A DNA stretch of 64,000 nt from an uncultured Gemmatimonadales bacterium (GTDB taxonomy: Bacteria; Gemmatimonadota; Gemmatimonadetes; Gemmatimonadales; GWC2-71-9): positions 78,910 through 142,909 of the forward strand of contig CAWGJN010000006.1 of the NCBI GenBank assembly GCA_963822925.1, given 5' to 3'. Positions 1 through 12,341 of this stretch are shown piece after piece. The notes beneath the pieces were generated by a model that saw nothing but the letters and a program-made list of their open reading frames with translations, did no database searches and was not told where the DNA came from. Positions within the stretch are counted from its first letter, which is position 1, and the number at the start of each line of letters is the position of its first letter. Position numbers and translations under genes: made by a program.

Positions 1-1082
1 CCGGTCCCTTCGAGGCACCGTGGACCGTCACCCTCGGTCTCGTCTTCCGTATCGAGCTCGGCGGCAAGCGCGGCGCCCGCATCGCCGCCACACAGGCCCG
101 CGCGCTGGTGGCCGAGCTGCAGGCGCGCGTCGTAGCGTGGAATATCGCCAGCGATGTTCGCTCCGCCGCGCTCTCGGTGGTGCAGGGAGACTCGAGCGTG
201 GCCGGCTGGACCCGGCGCGTGGGACGGAGCCAGCAGGTGGCCGATCAGGTCGCGCGACTCTACCAGGCGGATGCCATCGGACAGTCCACCGTCGACCAGG
301 CCGCATCCGAGGTGAAGCTCGCCGGCAGCGAGCTCGCCGTGTCGAACGCGCAAGTCATCGGCGCGCGCGCGAACCTGGCACAGCTCCTCGGTGTGCCGTC
401 GGCCGTCATCGACACGCTCCGCATCGACGCTGCGGGCGCCATCGGCTGCGCCTGGACCGAGCAGAAGGCCCTCGAGGAGCTGCGTGCCCTCGCACTCCGC
501 CGTCGCTATGAAATGGGTGTCGCCCTCGCCGAGTATGCCGTGGCCGAGGCCGACCTCAAGGTTGAGATAACGAAGCAGTATCCCGATCTCGAACTTGCAC
601 CCGGCTACTCCTGGGATCAGGGGCTGCACCGCTGGATCGCGGCACTGGCGCTCCCCAACCTCCTGCTCAACAAGAACAAGGGTCCCATCGGTGAGGCGAT
701 CGCGCGCCGCAATCAGGTGGCGAGTTCCGTCGAGTCCACTCAGCAAACCGTCCTGAGCCAGGTCGAGGTCGCATACTCCCAGTGCCGCGCCACCGCGCAG
801 CAGCTGGAGGCGACGCAACAGCTGGTCGACGCGCTCCGCGCGCGTGAGCGCACCAGCCGGGCCGCCTACGAGCGTGGCGAGATCGGTCAGTTCGAGAGCA
901 TGGGATTGGCGCTCGCCGTCACCGACGCCCAGTCCTCGCTACAGGCGGTCCAGCTCCGCCGCGTTGTCACCGGAAGTGAACTCGAGCGCACGACCGGCAT
1001 CTGGACTCCCGAGGTGCCCGGCTTGCCTGATCCATTGCTGCTGCCCTCTGCCACGTTCGTGGTTCAGGAGACTGCCCCATGA
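1..1082 (+). CDS. TolC/CzcC-family outer-membrane efflux protein (N-terminus outside window)
   Basis: Frame 3 is open from the window edge (GPFEAPWTVTLGLVFRIELGGKRGARIAA...) through ORF 108..1082. It is an alpha-helical OEP-type sequence (QAASEVKLAGSELAVSNAQVIGARANLAQLLGVP). A 4-nt ATGA overlap links it to the downstream adaptor gene in a czcCBA-like order. Confidence 0.7.
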   Translation, partial: GPFEAPWTVTLGLVFRIELGGKRGARIAATQARALVAELQARVVAWNIASDVRSAALSVVQGDSSVAGWTRRVGRSQQVADQVARLYQADAIGQSTVDQAASEVKLAGSELAVSNAQVIGARANLAQLLGVPSAVIDTLRIDAAGAIGCAWTEQKALEELRALALRRRYEMGVALAEYAVAEADLKVEITKQYPDLELAPGYSWDQGLHRWIAALALPNLLLNKNKGPIGEAIARRNQVASSVESTQQTVLSQVEVAYSQCRATAQQLEATQQLVDALRARERTSRAAYERGEIGQFESMGLALAVTDAQSSLQAVQLRRVVTGSELERTTGIWTPEVPGLPDPLLLPSATFVVQETAP

Positions 1083-2065
1083 AACCGATCCGCTGGCTCG
1101 CCGGCGCAGCCGTCTTCGCGCTGCTGGCCTGGGCCCTCATCTTCGCCTACCGGAAAGGGAAGGAGGAGCGGCAGAATGAGGTGCAGCGCGAGGAGCCGGT
1201 CATCGCGCCCATCCGCGTGGCTGCCGACAGTCATGGCGTGGTCGTCCGTATCGACTCGGCGGAGCTGGAACGTCTCGGCATCAGGCTCGAGCTGGCACGC
1301 GCCGTCTCCACCGCGCCTACCGTGCAGCTGAGCGGCGTCATCGTCCCTGATTCCGCCCGCATCGCCTTCCTTCGCGCTCCGGTGGCAGGCCGGCTTGAGG
1401 CGACTGCCGGCACCCAGTGGCCCGAGCTCGCCGCTCGTGTCGCTGGCGGCACCATCATCGCACAGGTGGCCGACGCGCGGCCGCTCGCCATTCCGCGGAG
1501 TGGTGTCGTTACCCAGGTTGGCGCCCGTCCAGGCGAGATCGTACAGCCTGGACAGGTGCTGCTCGCCATCAGCGATCTCTCCCAGCCATTGGCGCGTATT
1601 GCGTGGACCGAGGGCGCGCCCGCGAATCCACCGTCACGGTTGGTTGTGCAGCCGCTCGACCGGAGCGGCCGTTCGGCCAGTGCGCAGCTTGTGGGGCCGG
1701 CGTTCGACGTTGACCCGGTCACACAGCGGCCCGCTTTCAACTACCGCATGTCGGGCACCTGGCCCGGGGTCGCGGCGGGGCTCCCCATCACCGCCTCGGT
1801 GCCCACCGGGCCCGCACTCGCCGGTGCGGTGGCCGTGCCCGCCTCGGCGACAGTGCAGTGGGAAGGCCTGCTCTGGGCCTTCGTCGAGCGCGCGCCCGGA
1901 CAGTTCAGTCGCGTGCGCATCCCTACCACCACACCGTTGCCTGATGGCTGGGCGGTGCGGGGCGACATTGCACCCGGCGATCGCATCGTGACCATGGGCG
2001 CCGAGCAGCTCCTCTCCGAGGAGTTCCGCGCGCAGGTGCAGGTAGGTGATGAGGTCGCGGAGTGA
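1079..2065 (+). CDS. RND efflux periplasmic adaptor subunit (CzcB/HlyD-like)
   Basis: 328-aa ORF with an N-terminal TM anchor (WLAGAAVFALLAWALIFAY) and a beta-rich body. It sits between the OEP gene and the CzcA-type pump. Confidence 0.75.
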   Translation: MKPIRWLAGAAVFALLAWALIFAYRKGKEERQNEVQREEPVIAPIRVAADSHGVVVRIDSAELERLGIRLELARAVSTAPTVQLSGVIVPDSARIAFLRAPVAGRLEATAGTQWPELAARVAGGTIIAQVADARPLAIPRSGVVTQVGARPGEIVQPGQVLLAISDLSQPLARIAWTEGAPANPPSRLVVQPLDRSGRSASAQLVGPAFDVDPVTQRPAFNYRMSGTWPGVAAGLPITASVPTGPALAGAVAVPASATVQWEGLLWAFVERAPGQFSRVRIPTTTPLPDGWAVRGDIAPGDRIVTMGAEQLLSEEFRAQVQVGDEVAE

Positions 2066-2075
2066 TGCACCACTG

Positions 2076-5000
2076 ATGCTCGCCGCACTCGTTCGTTTCT
2101 CTGTCCGTCATCCGGGGATCGTCCTCGGACTCGCTGTCGTGCTCGTGGTGTACGGTGCGTCTCGCCTCTTCGCCGCACCGCTCGATGTCTTTCCCGAGTT
2201 CGCACCGCCGCAGGTCTCCATCCAGACCGAAGCCCCCGGCTTCGCCCCGGAGCAGGTGGAGATCCTCGTCACCAAGCCGATCGAGGACGTCATCAACGGT
2301 GTCGCGGGCATTGCGATCGTCCGCTCGCAATCGATCCAGGGCCTCTCCATCATCACCGCGGTGCTCGCCCCGGGCACCGACATCTTCCGCGCCCGCCAGG
2401 CCCTCGCCGAGCGGCTGGTCGAGGCGGCACCGCGCCTGCCGCGGTCGGTGCCGCCGCCGGTCATCAGCCCCCTCACGTCATCGTCGAGCACGGTGCTGGT
2501 CATCGGCTTCACCTCGAAGACGCGCTCGCTGCTGGAGCAGCGCACCGTGGTCGACTGGATGGTGCGCCCGCGCCTGCTCGCGACGCCCGGTATCGCCAAG
2601 GTCGCGTCTTTCGGTGGGGAAGTGCGCCAGCTGCAGGTGCAGGTCGATCCCGCCCGTCTCCGCGCGTACGGTGTGGGTCTCGCCGAGCTCACCGAGGCCG
2701 CCCGGCGCTCCACCGGCATCCGCGGCGGCGGCGTGCTCGACGGCCCCAACCAGCGGATCGTGGTGCGTTCCGAGGGGCAGTCGTTCACCCCGGAAGCAAT
2801 CGGTCAGGTGGTGGTGCGCGAGCGTGAGGGTTCTGTGCTGCGCATCGACGACGTGGCCCACGTGGTGATCGCCGGCGCGCCCAAGTTCGGCGACGGTGCC
2901 ATCAACGGAGAGCCCGCCATCGTCACCGTCGTGTCGGCCCAGCTCGGCGCCAACACCAAGCTGGTGGCAGGAGACGTCGAGGCGGCCCTCAAGTCTTTGG
3001 CGCCGGCCCTCGAGCGCGAGGGCATCAGCCTCCACGCCGACGTCTTCCGGCCCTCGACCTTCATCGACCTGGCGCTCCGCAACATCACCACCTCGCTCCT
3101 GCTCGGAGCGCTGCTGGTGTCCGTCATCCTGATGCTCTTCCTCGCCGACCTCCGCACCGCGGCGATCTCCCTCACCGCCATCCCGCTCTCGCTCCTCTCG
3201 GCGACCATCCTCCTCGAGGTGCTCGGCTTCTCCATCAACACGCTGACCCTGGGCGGCCTCGCCATCGCCCTGGGCGAAGTGGTGGATGACGCCATCATCG
3301 ATGTGGAGAACATTGCCCGTCGCTTGAGGGCACAGGGCTCTGCGGTAGTCGGAGATATCGGCGAAGTGGTGGTGCGGGCATCGCTGGAAGTGCGCGGTAG
3401 CGTGGTCTACGCGACGTTCGTGGTAGCCCTCGTCTTTCTCCCTGTCCTGGCCCTCACTGGAGTGCAGGGCGCCCTGTTCCGTCCGCTGGCGCTGGCCTAC
3501 ATCTTCGCCAGCCTCGCGTCGCTCGTCGTGGCGCTCACGGTGACACCCGCGCTCTCCCGCGTCCTGCTCACTCGGCGCAACAGCCGCGACCACGAGTCCT
3601 GGGTGCTGCTCTACCTCAAGCGCGGGTATGCGAACCTGCTTTCCTCGCTCTTCAAGGAGCCGGTGGCGGTCTTCATCGCGACGGTCGTGCTGTGCGTTGG
3701 CGCCATCGCCACGCTCCCGTTCTTCGGGGCCACGTTCCTCCCCGAGTTCCGCGAGGGACACTACCTCATCCACATGTCGGCCGTCCCCGGCACCTCGCTC
3801 GAGGAATCGGTGCGGCTCGGCCGGATCGTCTCCGCCCGGCTGCTGGAGGACAAGCGAGTCCGTCTGGTGGCCCAGCGCGCTGGCCGTGCGGAGCTCTCCG
3901 AGGACACGTGGGGCACGCACTACACTGAGTTCGAGGTCGACCTGGTGCCGCTCACCGGCAAGGCGGCGGAGACCGTCCAGGATGACCTGCGTCGCACACT
4001 GGGGAACATTCCCGGCGTCAACTTCGCGATCCGTGGCTTCCTCGCCGAACGCATCGAGGAGACGCTGACAGGTTCCACCGCGCAGGTGGTGGTGAAGCTC
4101 TTCGGCGACGACCTCGACAGCCTCGATCTATCCGCGAGGCGCATGGCCGAGACCATCGGCCGGGTCCGCGGCGCCACTGACGTACAGTACGACCCGCCGC
4201 CGGTGGCCCCTGAGGTCACCGTGCGCCTCCGGCCCTTCGCGCTCGCCAGCGTCGGTCTCCGTCCCGATGACGCGCTCGAGGCGGTGGAGACGGCGACGCG
4301 CGGTGCGACGGTAGCCCAGGTCTTTGACGGCAGCCGCACCACCGATGTGGTGGTCATCCTCGATTCCGCTTCGCGCCGGCGCCCCGAGCAGTTGCGCCGC
4401 ATTCCACTCACGAGCGTGAACGGCCGCATCGTCTCGCTCCAGTCGGTGGCCGATGTCGAGCGCACCACCGGCCGATATCTCGTGTCGCATCAGGGCACCC
4501 GCCGAGTCGTCACGGTCACCGCGAACGTTCAGGGCAGGGACGTGGCTGGCTTCGCAAGGGAGCTGGAGAACACGGCGCGGTCCTCCGTGAACCTCCCAGC
4601 CGGCATCTTCGCCGACTACGGTGGTACGGCAGCAGCGCAACGGAGCGCCCGGCGTGAGCTCCTGCTCAACTCGCTGCTCACCGGGCTTGGCATACTGATG
4701 TTGCTGGGACTGGCTTTCGGGGAAGTGGACCGGCTGTCGCTGGTGCTGCTCAACCTGCCGTTCGCGCTGGTGGGCGGCGTCCTCGCCGTCTTCGCGACCG
4801 GCGGTGTCCTCTCACTCGGCTCGCTGGTGGGATTCGTCACCCTCTTCGGCATCGCGACCCGCAATGCGGTCATGCTTCTTTCGCACTACGATCACCTGGT
4901 CAAGGTCGAGGGCGCCCCGTGGGGAATGGGAACAGCCCTCCGAGGTGCCATGGAGCGCCTTGGCCCGATCTTGATGACCGCGCTCGTCACCGCCATCGGC

Positions 5001-5168
5001 CTCCTCCCGCTGGCACTCGGCAGCGGCGACCCTGGCCGCGAGATCGAGGGACCTATGGCTACCGTCATTCTTGGCGGCCTCCTCACCTCCACGCTCCTCA
5101 GCCTCATCGTGCTCCCGGTGTTCGCGCTGCGTGTGTTGCGATTCTCGCCCTCTGGTGAACAGCTTTGA
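2076..5168 (+). CDS. CusA/CzcA-family heavy-metal RND efflux pump
   Basis: ORF 2046..5168 of about 1030 aa. MLAALVRFSVRHPGIVLGLAVVL matches the usual CzcA N-terminus, so ATG 2076 is preferred; 2046 and 2049 are alternatives. The 12-TM RND architecture is visible, including the motif GEVVDDAIIDVENI. Confidence 0.9.
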   Translation: MLAALVRFSVRHPGIVLGLAVVLVVYGASRLFAAPLDVFPEFAPPQVSIQTEAPGFAPEQVEILVTKPIEDVINGVAGIAIVRSQSIQGLSIITAVLAPGTDIFRARQALAERLVEAAPRLPRSVPPPVISPLTSSSSTVLVIGFTSKTRSLLEQRTVVDWMVRPRLLATPGIAKVASFGGEVRQLQVQVDPARLRAYGVGLAELTEAARRSTGIRGGGVLDGPNQRIVVRSEGQSFTPEAIGQVVVREREGSVLRIDDVAHVVIAGAPKFGDGAINGEPAIVTVVSAQLGANTKLVAGDVEAALKSLAPALEREGISLHADVFRPSTFIDLALRNITTSLLLGALLVSVILMLFLADLRTAAISLTAIPLSLLSATILLEVLGFSINTLTLGGLAIALGEVVDDAIIDVENIARRLRAQGSAVVGDIGEVVVRASLEVRGSVVYATFVVALVFLPVLALTGVQGALFRPLALAYIFASLASLVVALTVTPALSRVLLTRRNSRDHESWVLLYLKRGYANLLSSLFKEPVAVFIATVVLCVGAIATLPFFGATFLPEFREGHYLIHMSAVPGTSLEESVRLGRIVSARLLEDKRVRLVAQRAGRAELSEDTWGTHYTEFEVDLVPLTGKAAETVQDDLRRTLGNIPGVNFAIRGFLAERIEETLTGSTAQVVVKLFGDDLDSLDLSARRMAETIGRVRGATDVQYDPPPVAPEVTVRLRPFALASVGLRPDDALEAVETATRGATVAQVFDGSRTTDVVVILDSASRRRPEQLRRIPLTSVNGRIVSLQSVADVERTTGRYLVSHQGTRRVVTVTANVQGRDVAGFARELENTARSSVNLPAGIFADYGGTAAAQRSARRELLLNSLLTGLGILMLLGLAFGEVDRLSLVLLNLPFALVGGVLAVFATGGVLSLGSLVGFVTLFGIATRNAVMLLSHYDHLVKVEGAPWGMGTALRGAMERLGPILMTALVTAIGLLPLALGSGDPGREIEGPMATVILGGLLTSTLLSLIVLPVFALRVLRFSPSGEQL

Positions 5169-5231
5169 GCACTAAGCGCTTGAAGAGCCATTTATTCGGA
5201 TGGTGAACCACTCGGCATCGGTACCGGCACC

Positions 5232-5417
5232 TCAATCCAGCACAGCCCTCGTTGACGCATCGATCTTCTCGAACCGCACCCCCAGCCACCTTACCATCCC
5301 CCAGCACTCCACGCTCAGCGCCACCCCGACCACGAGGGCGCACACCACCGGCATCCACACCCCACCTTCAGTCACCTGCCACAACCCGAACGCGAGCGCC
5401 ACCGGGATCAGCGCCAA
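5232..5417 (-). CDS. small 2-TM ORF, probably the displaced C-terminus of the upstream ABC-exporter permease
   Basis: TTG-initiated 61-codon ORF (ALIPVALAFGLWQVTEGGVWMPVVCALVVGVALSVECWGMVRWLGVRFEKIDAS). It overlaps the 3' end of ORF 5368..6972 in the +1 frame and continues that protein's hydrophobic character. See the corresponding finding. Confidence 0.35.
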   Translation of the reverse strand: MALIPVALAFGLWQVTEGGVWMPVVCALVVGVALSVECWGMVRWLGVRFEKIDASTRAVLD

Positions 5418-6846
5418 GCACTGCGAGAACCAGGATCGTCAGGGCACTGTTCGCCAGGTTCGTTCCCAGCGCCGTCGCCGTCCCCCGCCGCGCCGTCATC
5501 CGCGACCACGCCGGCAACAGGATCACCGCCGCATTCTGGAGAAGGATTCCCGTGAGCGACATCGGCCCAATCACCAGCAGCGCCGCCAGGAGCCACACGC
5601 TACGATGCTCGGCCGGGAGTGGCGGTTGATGGCTCCCGGCTGTCGCCACTGCACCCGCAAGCAGCAGCGCGATCACACCCGACGCCAGCATCAGCGCCGC
5701 GGCGCCACTCGACCCGAGGATCACCTCGTACCCACGCACCGGAAGCGTCCGCAGCAACGCGAGCATTCCCTGGTCCCGCCTCAAGTCATTCCGCACGAAC
5801 TGCGGCCCCATCAGCAGCAGCAGAAGCGACCACATCAGCAGCATCCATCCCAGGAACTCGCTCGCCCCGGCGCGGCCCGCCGACTTGAGCCCGATCGGCA
5901 GCATCAGCACCGCGACCGCCGCGCCAACTGCCAGCAGGGCAGTGGACCTCCGAATGAGTGCCGTCACGTTCTTCCAGAAAAACGCACCCGCCGCCGAGCC
6001 ACTCGGCGCGAGCATCCACAGTGGCGCTCCCTTCGGCGACGTGAGGGGATCCGGCTCCCGTTCCAGCTCGGGCCCCAGGCGTCTCACCCACAGGTAGTGC
6101 ACCAGCAGGATCGCGAGCGCCGGCCACAACGTCGCGATCCAGTCGGCGAAGGAACCAGCGGTCAGCGGCCGGAGCAAAAGCACGAACGGCATCAGCACCG
6201 CACGCGCCCACGGGTTCACCACCAGCTCACCCAGAAAGGCCGTGAGACCCGGCGCCGATTCGCGGATCGCGCCCGACAGCACTACCGGCACCAGCGCCAC
6301 CAGGCCGATACCGAACAACCCGAGTATGCGTCGTATCGCCGGATGAATCGCCGCGCTCGCCCGGCTCCTTGCCGCCCCGATGCGATGCAGCTGCAATGTC
6401 GTGAGCACCACCCAGAACGCCACCGCGCGCCGGCCGATCGTGTCCCAGTGCTGCCCGCCACTCGTCAGTGCAGTCCACATTACGGCGTTGCCCAGTGCCG
6501 TTGCCTGCAGCCGCATCAGCTTCACGTCCATCACCCGCGCCGTGCTGATCGGGGCGGGGAGCAGGAGCGCCCGTTCCGCAGCACTCAGCTCCACCAGCTT
6601 GGCGCCCGTCCCCAACAACCACGCGGAGATCACCAGTACCATCAAGCCCAGGGCACCCACAACCGCCGCGATCTGGGTGTCGTGCGTCCCGCCGCCGCCC
6701 TTCGGACTCAGCCATGCGAGGAACCCGAAATACCCGATCGCCGCGACCGCGGCGATGCGCGGGCCCGGTTTCGTGAATTCCGAAGCGATCCGCCGGGTCC
6801 GGTTCCATGCCGACCGGACCAGCAGGTAGCCGATCGCACCACTCAT
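5368..6846 (-). CDS. putative ABC exporter membrane (permease) protein
   Basis: Polytopic hydrophobic ORF 5368..6972. ATG 6846 forms an ATGA overlap with the stop of the ATPase gene, and MSGAIGYLLVRSAWNRTRR is a plausible N-terminus. The tail in this frame (GADPGGARVRVVAGD*) looks non-native. Confidence 0.6.
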   Translation of the reverse strand: MSGAIGYLLVRSAWNRTRRIASEFTKPGPRIAAVAAIGYFGFLAWLSPKGGGGTHDTQIAAVVGALGLMVLVISAWLLGTGAKLVELSAAERALLLPAPISTARVMDVKLMRLQATALGNAVMWTALTSGGQHWDTIGRRAVAFWVVLTTLQLHRIGAARSRASAAIHPAIRRILGLFGIGLVALVPVVLSGAIRESAPGLTAFLGELVVNPWARAVLMPFVLLLRPLTAGSFADWIATLWPALAILLVHYLWVRRLGPELEREPDPLTSPKGAPLWMLAPSGSAAGAFFWKNVTALIRRSTALLAVGAAVAVLMLPIGLKSAGRAGASEFLGWMLLMWSLLLLLMGPQFVRNDLRRDQGMLALLRTLPVRGYEVILGSSGAAALMLASGVIALLLAGAVATAGSHQPPLPAEHRSVWLLAALLVIGPMSLTGILLQNAAVILLPAWSRMTARRGTATALGTNLANSALTILVLAVLGADPGGARVRVVAGD

Positions 6847-7559
6847 TCGGTGAGCAGGTCCAGCACCGCGTCCTCGAGTGTTCCCCCGAGCATGGATCCG
6901 CGCGCCGCGATCTCGCTCGGCGATCCCTCGGCGAGCGCCTTCCCATGAGCCAGCACGATCACCCGCGAACACAGCTCACTCACGACGCCCAGCAGGTGCG
7001 AACTCAGCAGCACGGCCGCCCCATCCGCCGCCTTCTTCCTGATCGCGTCCTTCATCCGCCGGATCCCCACCGGATCGAGTCCCGTCAGCGGCTCGTCCAG
7101 CAGCAGCACCTTGGGATCGTGGATGAACGCACACCCCAGCGCCAGCTTCTGTCTCATCCCCCGCGACAGCTCATCTGGCAGCGACGTTCTCCGCTCGGAC
7201 AACTCCAGCTCGGCCAGAAGGGCAGGGAGGCGCTGTTCGATGTTGCCCACCCCGTAGAGCCTCCCGATAAACCGGAGGTGCTCCTCCACGCTCAGGTAGT
7301 CGAACAACGCAGGCTCGTCCGGCACGAAGCCGAGCAGCCGCTTCGCTTCGACCGGCCGCGTGGCCAGCTCGAGCCCCCCGATCCGGACCGTTCCGGCGTC
7401 CGGCCTGAGCACCCCCGCCACCGCCAGCAGAGTCGTGGTCTTCCCGGCTCCGTTGGCCCCGACCAGACCCACCACCTCGCCCCCCTCCACGCGGAAGGTC
7501 AGGCCGCCGACCGCGACCTGCTTCCCGAAGGACTTTGCCAGCCCCGATACCTCGAGCAC
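6843..7559 (-). CDS. ABC transporter ATP-binding protein
   Basis: Walker A GANGAGKTT, ABC signature LSRGMRQKLAL and Walker B LLLDEP are present. 238 aa. Confidence 0.92.
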   Translation of the reverse strand: MLEVSGLAKSFGKQVAVGGLTFRVEGGEVVGLVGANGAGKTTTLLAVAGVLRPDAGTVRIGGLELATRPVEAKRLLGFVPDEPALFDYLSVEEHLRFIGRLYGVGNIEQRLPALLAELELSERRTSLPDELSRGMRQKLALGCAFIHDPKVLLLDEPLTGLDPVGIRRMKDAIRKKAADGAAVLLSSHLLGVVSELCSRVIVLAHGKALAEGSPSEIAARGSMLGGTLEDAVLDLLTE

Positions 7560-7671
7560 CGATGACTCCCCTGGGCGTAAGGCCCTATCTTACAATGCAG
7601 TCCGTGATGAAACCTTATGCCTGGCTTCAACGTCTCTAAGTGCAACATGGATATCTGAGACAGGTGGGACA

Positions 7672-8394
7672 ATGAGCAGATACTGGATGCGAATCATTCT
7701 GGGCGCCCTCGCGATCTTTCTGGTCGGGACGTCCATCTATTACGCCGCCCGGAGCGGCAAGCGACGGGTTCAGGCCATCGCCGAGAGCGACGCCCCCATC
7801 ACCATTCCGCTCGCCTTCATCCCCTTCAAGGTCGACGGCAAGGAACTGGGTACGCTGAGCCGGCTCCAGATTCTCCGTAGCAGCCCCAAGCAGGTCGAGG
7901 CCGTGAACTTCCGCGTCAAGCTCGCCGACTCCATCGCCGACGAGCGCCTGGGTCAGTGCATCCTGCTGGCCGGCGAGAACGGCATGAACTTCCAGGTGAA
8001 GCACATCGACGCCAACGCGACCTTCTTCTGTGCCACGGCGAAGGACACCGTCGGGAAGAACCTTGCGCCACTGGGCAGCATCGAGACCCAGCGCGGCAAC
8101 ACCTACGTGCTGCTCTCCGGCGCCGACGCGCTGAAGAACTTCGATCACGACATCCATGCCAGCAACGACGCCCAGGCCGACTCAATCAGCGCCGTCTACG
8201 AGCGCATGGCCGACTCCATCCAGCAGGTGGCGGAGTCGATCGGTAACGCCGCCGAGCAGCGCGCCGATTCCATCCGCGCCATGGCCGAGGCCCGCGCTGA
8301 CTCCGTCAGGTCGGGCGTACACGGCACGCCGAACCCGAATCCCACGCCCAACCCGGCACCGGTAAAGCCGAAGATCCGTGTCAAGGTGAACTGA
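7672..8394 (+). CDS. hypothetical N-terminally anchored protein with ADSI/V repeats and a Pro/Asn-rich tail
   Basis: ATG 7672 (MSRYWMRIILGALAIFLVGTSIYYAA) lies inside ORF 7360..8394; the upstream part of that ORF is antisense to the ABC ATPase gene. The C-terminal region carries QADSIS, MADSIQ, RADSIR and RADSVR, followed by PNPNPTPNPAP. Confidence 0.6.
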   Translation: MSRYWMRIILGALAIFLVGTSIYYAARSGKRRVQAIAESDAPITIPLAFIPFKVDGKELGTLSRLQILRSSPKQVEAVNFRVKLADSIADERLGQCILLAGENGMNFQVKHIDANATFFCATAKDTVGKNLAPLGSIETQRGNTYVLLSGADALKNFDHDIHASNDAQADSISAVYERMADSIQQVAESIGNAAEQRADSIRAMAEARADSVRSGVHGTPNPNPTPNPAPVKPKIRVKVN

Positions 8395-8398
8395 GCGC

Positions 8399-9016
8399 GT
8401 GCTGCTGATCCTCGATAATTACGACAGCTTCACCTACAACATCGTGCAGTACGTCGGTGAGCTCGGGGTGTCGCCGGTGGTCTACCGGAACGACGCTCTC
8501 ACCGCCGACGAAGCGATTGCGCTCGCACCCCAGGCGATCATCATCTCGCCCGGTCCCTGCACCCCGTCCGAAGCCGGCATCTCGGTACCGCTCGTCCGTG
8601 CTGCCGGCACCGCGGGGATCCCACTCCTCGGCGTCTGTCTCGGGCACCAGGCCATTGGCGAGGCCTTCGGCGCCACTGTGGTACGCGCCGACCGGCTGAT
8701 GCACGGCAAGACCACCGATGTCGTCCACGACGGCAACGCCCTGTTCGAAGGACTGCCGTCGCCCCTCACCGTCATGCGCTACCACTCCCTCGTCATTGCC
8801 CCGGCCACCGTCACCCCTGAGCTCGAGGTCTGCGGCTGGTCGTCCGACCGTCCGGCGGGCCAGGAGATCATGGCGGTACGGCACCGCAGTCGACCGGTGC
8901 ACGGCGTACAGTTCCACCCCGAGTCGGTCGGTACCCATCACGGGCGCACGCTCCTTTCCAACTTTCTCCGGATGGCTGGCTACGACGCGGCCGTTCCCGC
9001 TGGAACGTCCTCCTAA
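8399..9016 (+). CDS. glutamine amidotransferase of anthranilate / aminodeoxychorismate synthase (TrpG/PabA)
   Basis: GTG start. MLLILDNYDSFTYNIVQYVGELG is the typical N-terminus. The class-I GATase catalytic region GVCLGHQAIG and the GVQFHPES motif are present. Confidence 0.88.
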   Translation: MLLILDNYDSFTYNIVQYVGELGVSPVVYRNDALTADEAIALAPQAIIISPGPCTPSEAGISVPLVRAAGTAGIPLLGVCLGHQAIGEAFGATVVRADRLMHGKTTDVVHDGNALFEGLPSPLTVMRYHSLVIAPATVTPELEVCGWSSDRPAGQEIMAVRHRSRPVHGVQFHPESVGTHHGRTLLSNFLRMAGYDAAVPAGTSS

Positions 9017-9077
9017 CCTTCGGCAATACAGTAGGATAGGCTTTGTCAAGAGTCGCGTCGGAGGTCCGGCACGACTT

Positions 9078-9106
9078 TTGACTACCGACCCGGATCTATT
9101 TATGAT
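9078..9106 (+). promoter_or_regulatory. sigma70-like promoter TTGACT-N17-TATGAT directly upstream of kdsB
   Basis: TTGACT is at 9078-9083, a 17-nt spacer follows, and TATGAT is at 9101-9106. The kdsB ATG (9113) starts 7 nt after the -10 hexamer, and no Shine-Dalgarno sequence lies between them. Confidence 0.4.
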
Positions 9107-9112
9107 GGGTCG

Positions 9113-12337
<3,225 letters not shown>

Positions 12338-12341
<4 letters not shown>

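Noticed and set aside
2478-3920. 480-aa ORF antisense to czcA; similar long antisense ORFs lie at 9919-10818, 18987-20903, 28925-30448, 33222-34880, 34784-36355, 44657-46123, 56817-58133, 60806-62329 and 62479-63912
   Set aside because: All lie opposite strongly supported genes, have skewed Arg/Gly/Asp/His composition and carry no recognisable domains. They are GC-driven open frames.
5200-6948. 582-aa plus-strand ORF rich in Arg/His/Pro/Gln
   Set aside because: It is exactly antisense to the ABC-exporter permease. It has low-complexity RHPQ composition and no motifs, which is the typical shadow ORF of GC-rich DNA.
7590-7596. TACAAT -10-like hexamer in the divergent region between the ABC ATPase and the ADSI-repeat gene
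   Set aside because: There is no convincing -35 element at 16-18 nt on either strand, and a lone hexamer in AT-richer DNA is expected by chance.
8399-9016. Stand-alone trpG/pabA without an adjacent trpE/pabB as something unusual
   Set aside because: Unlinked amidotransferase subunits are common, and the partner may simply lie outside the window.
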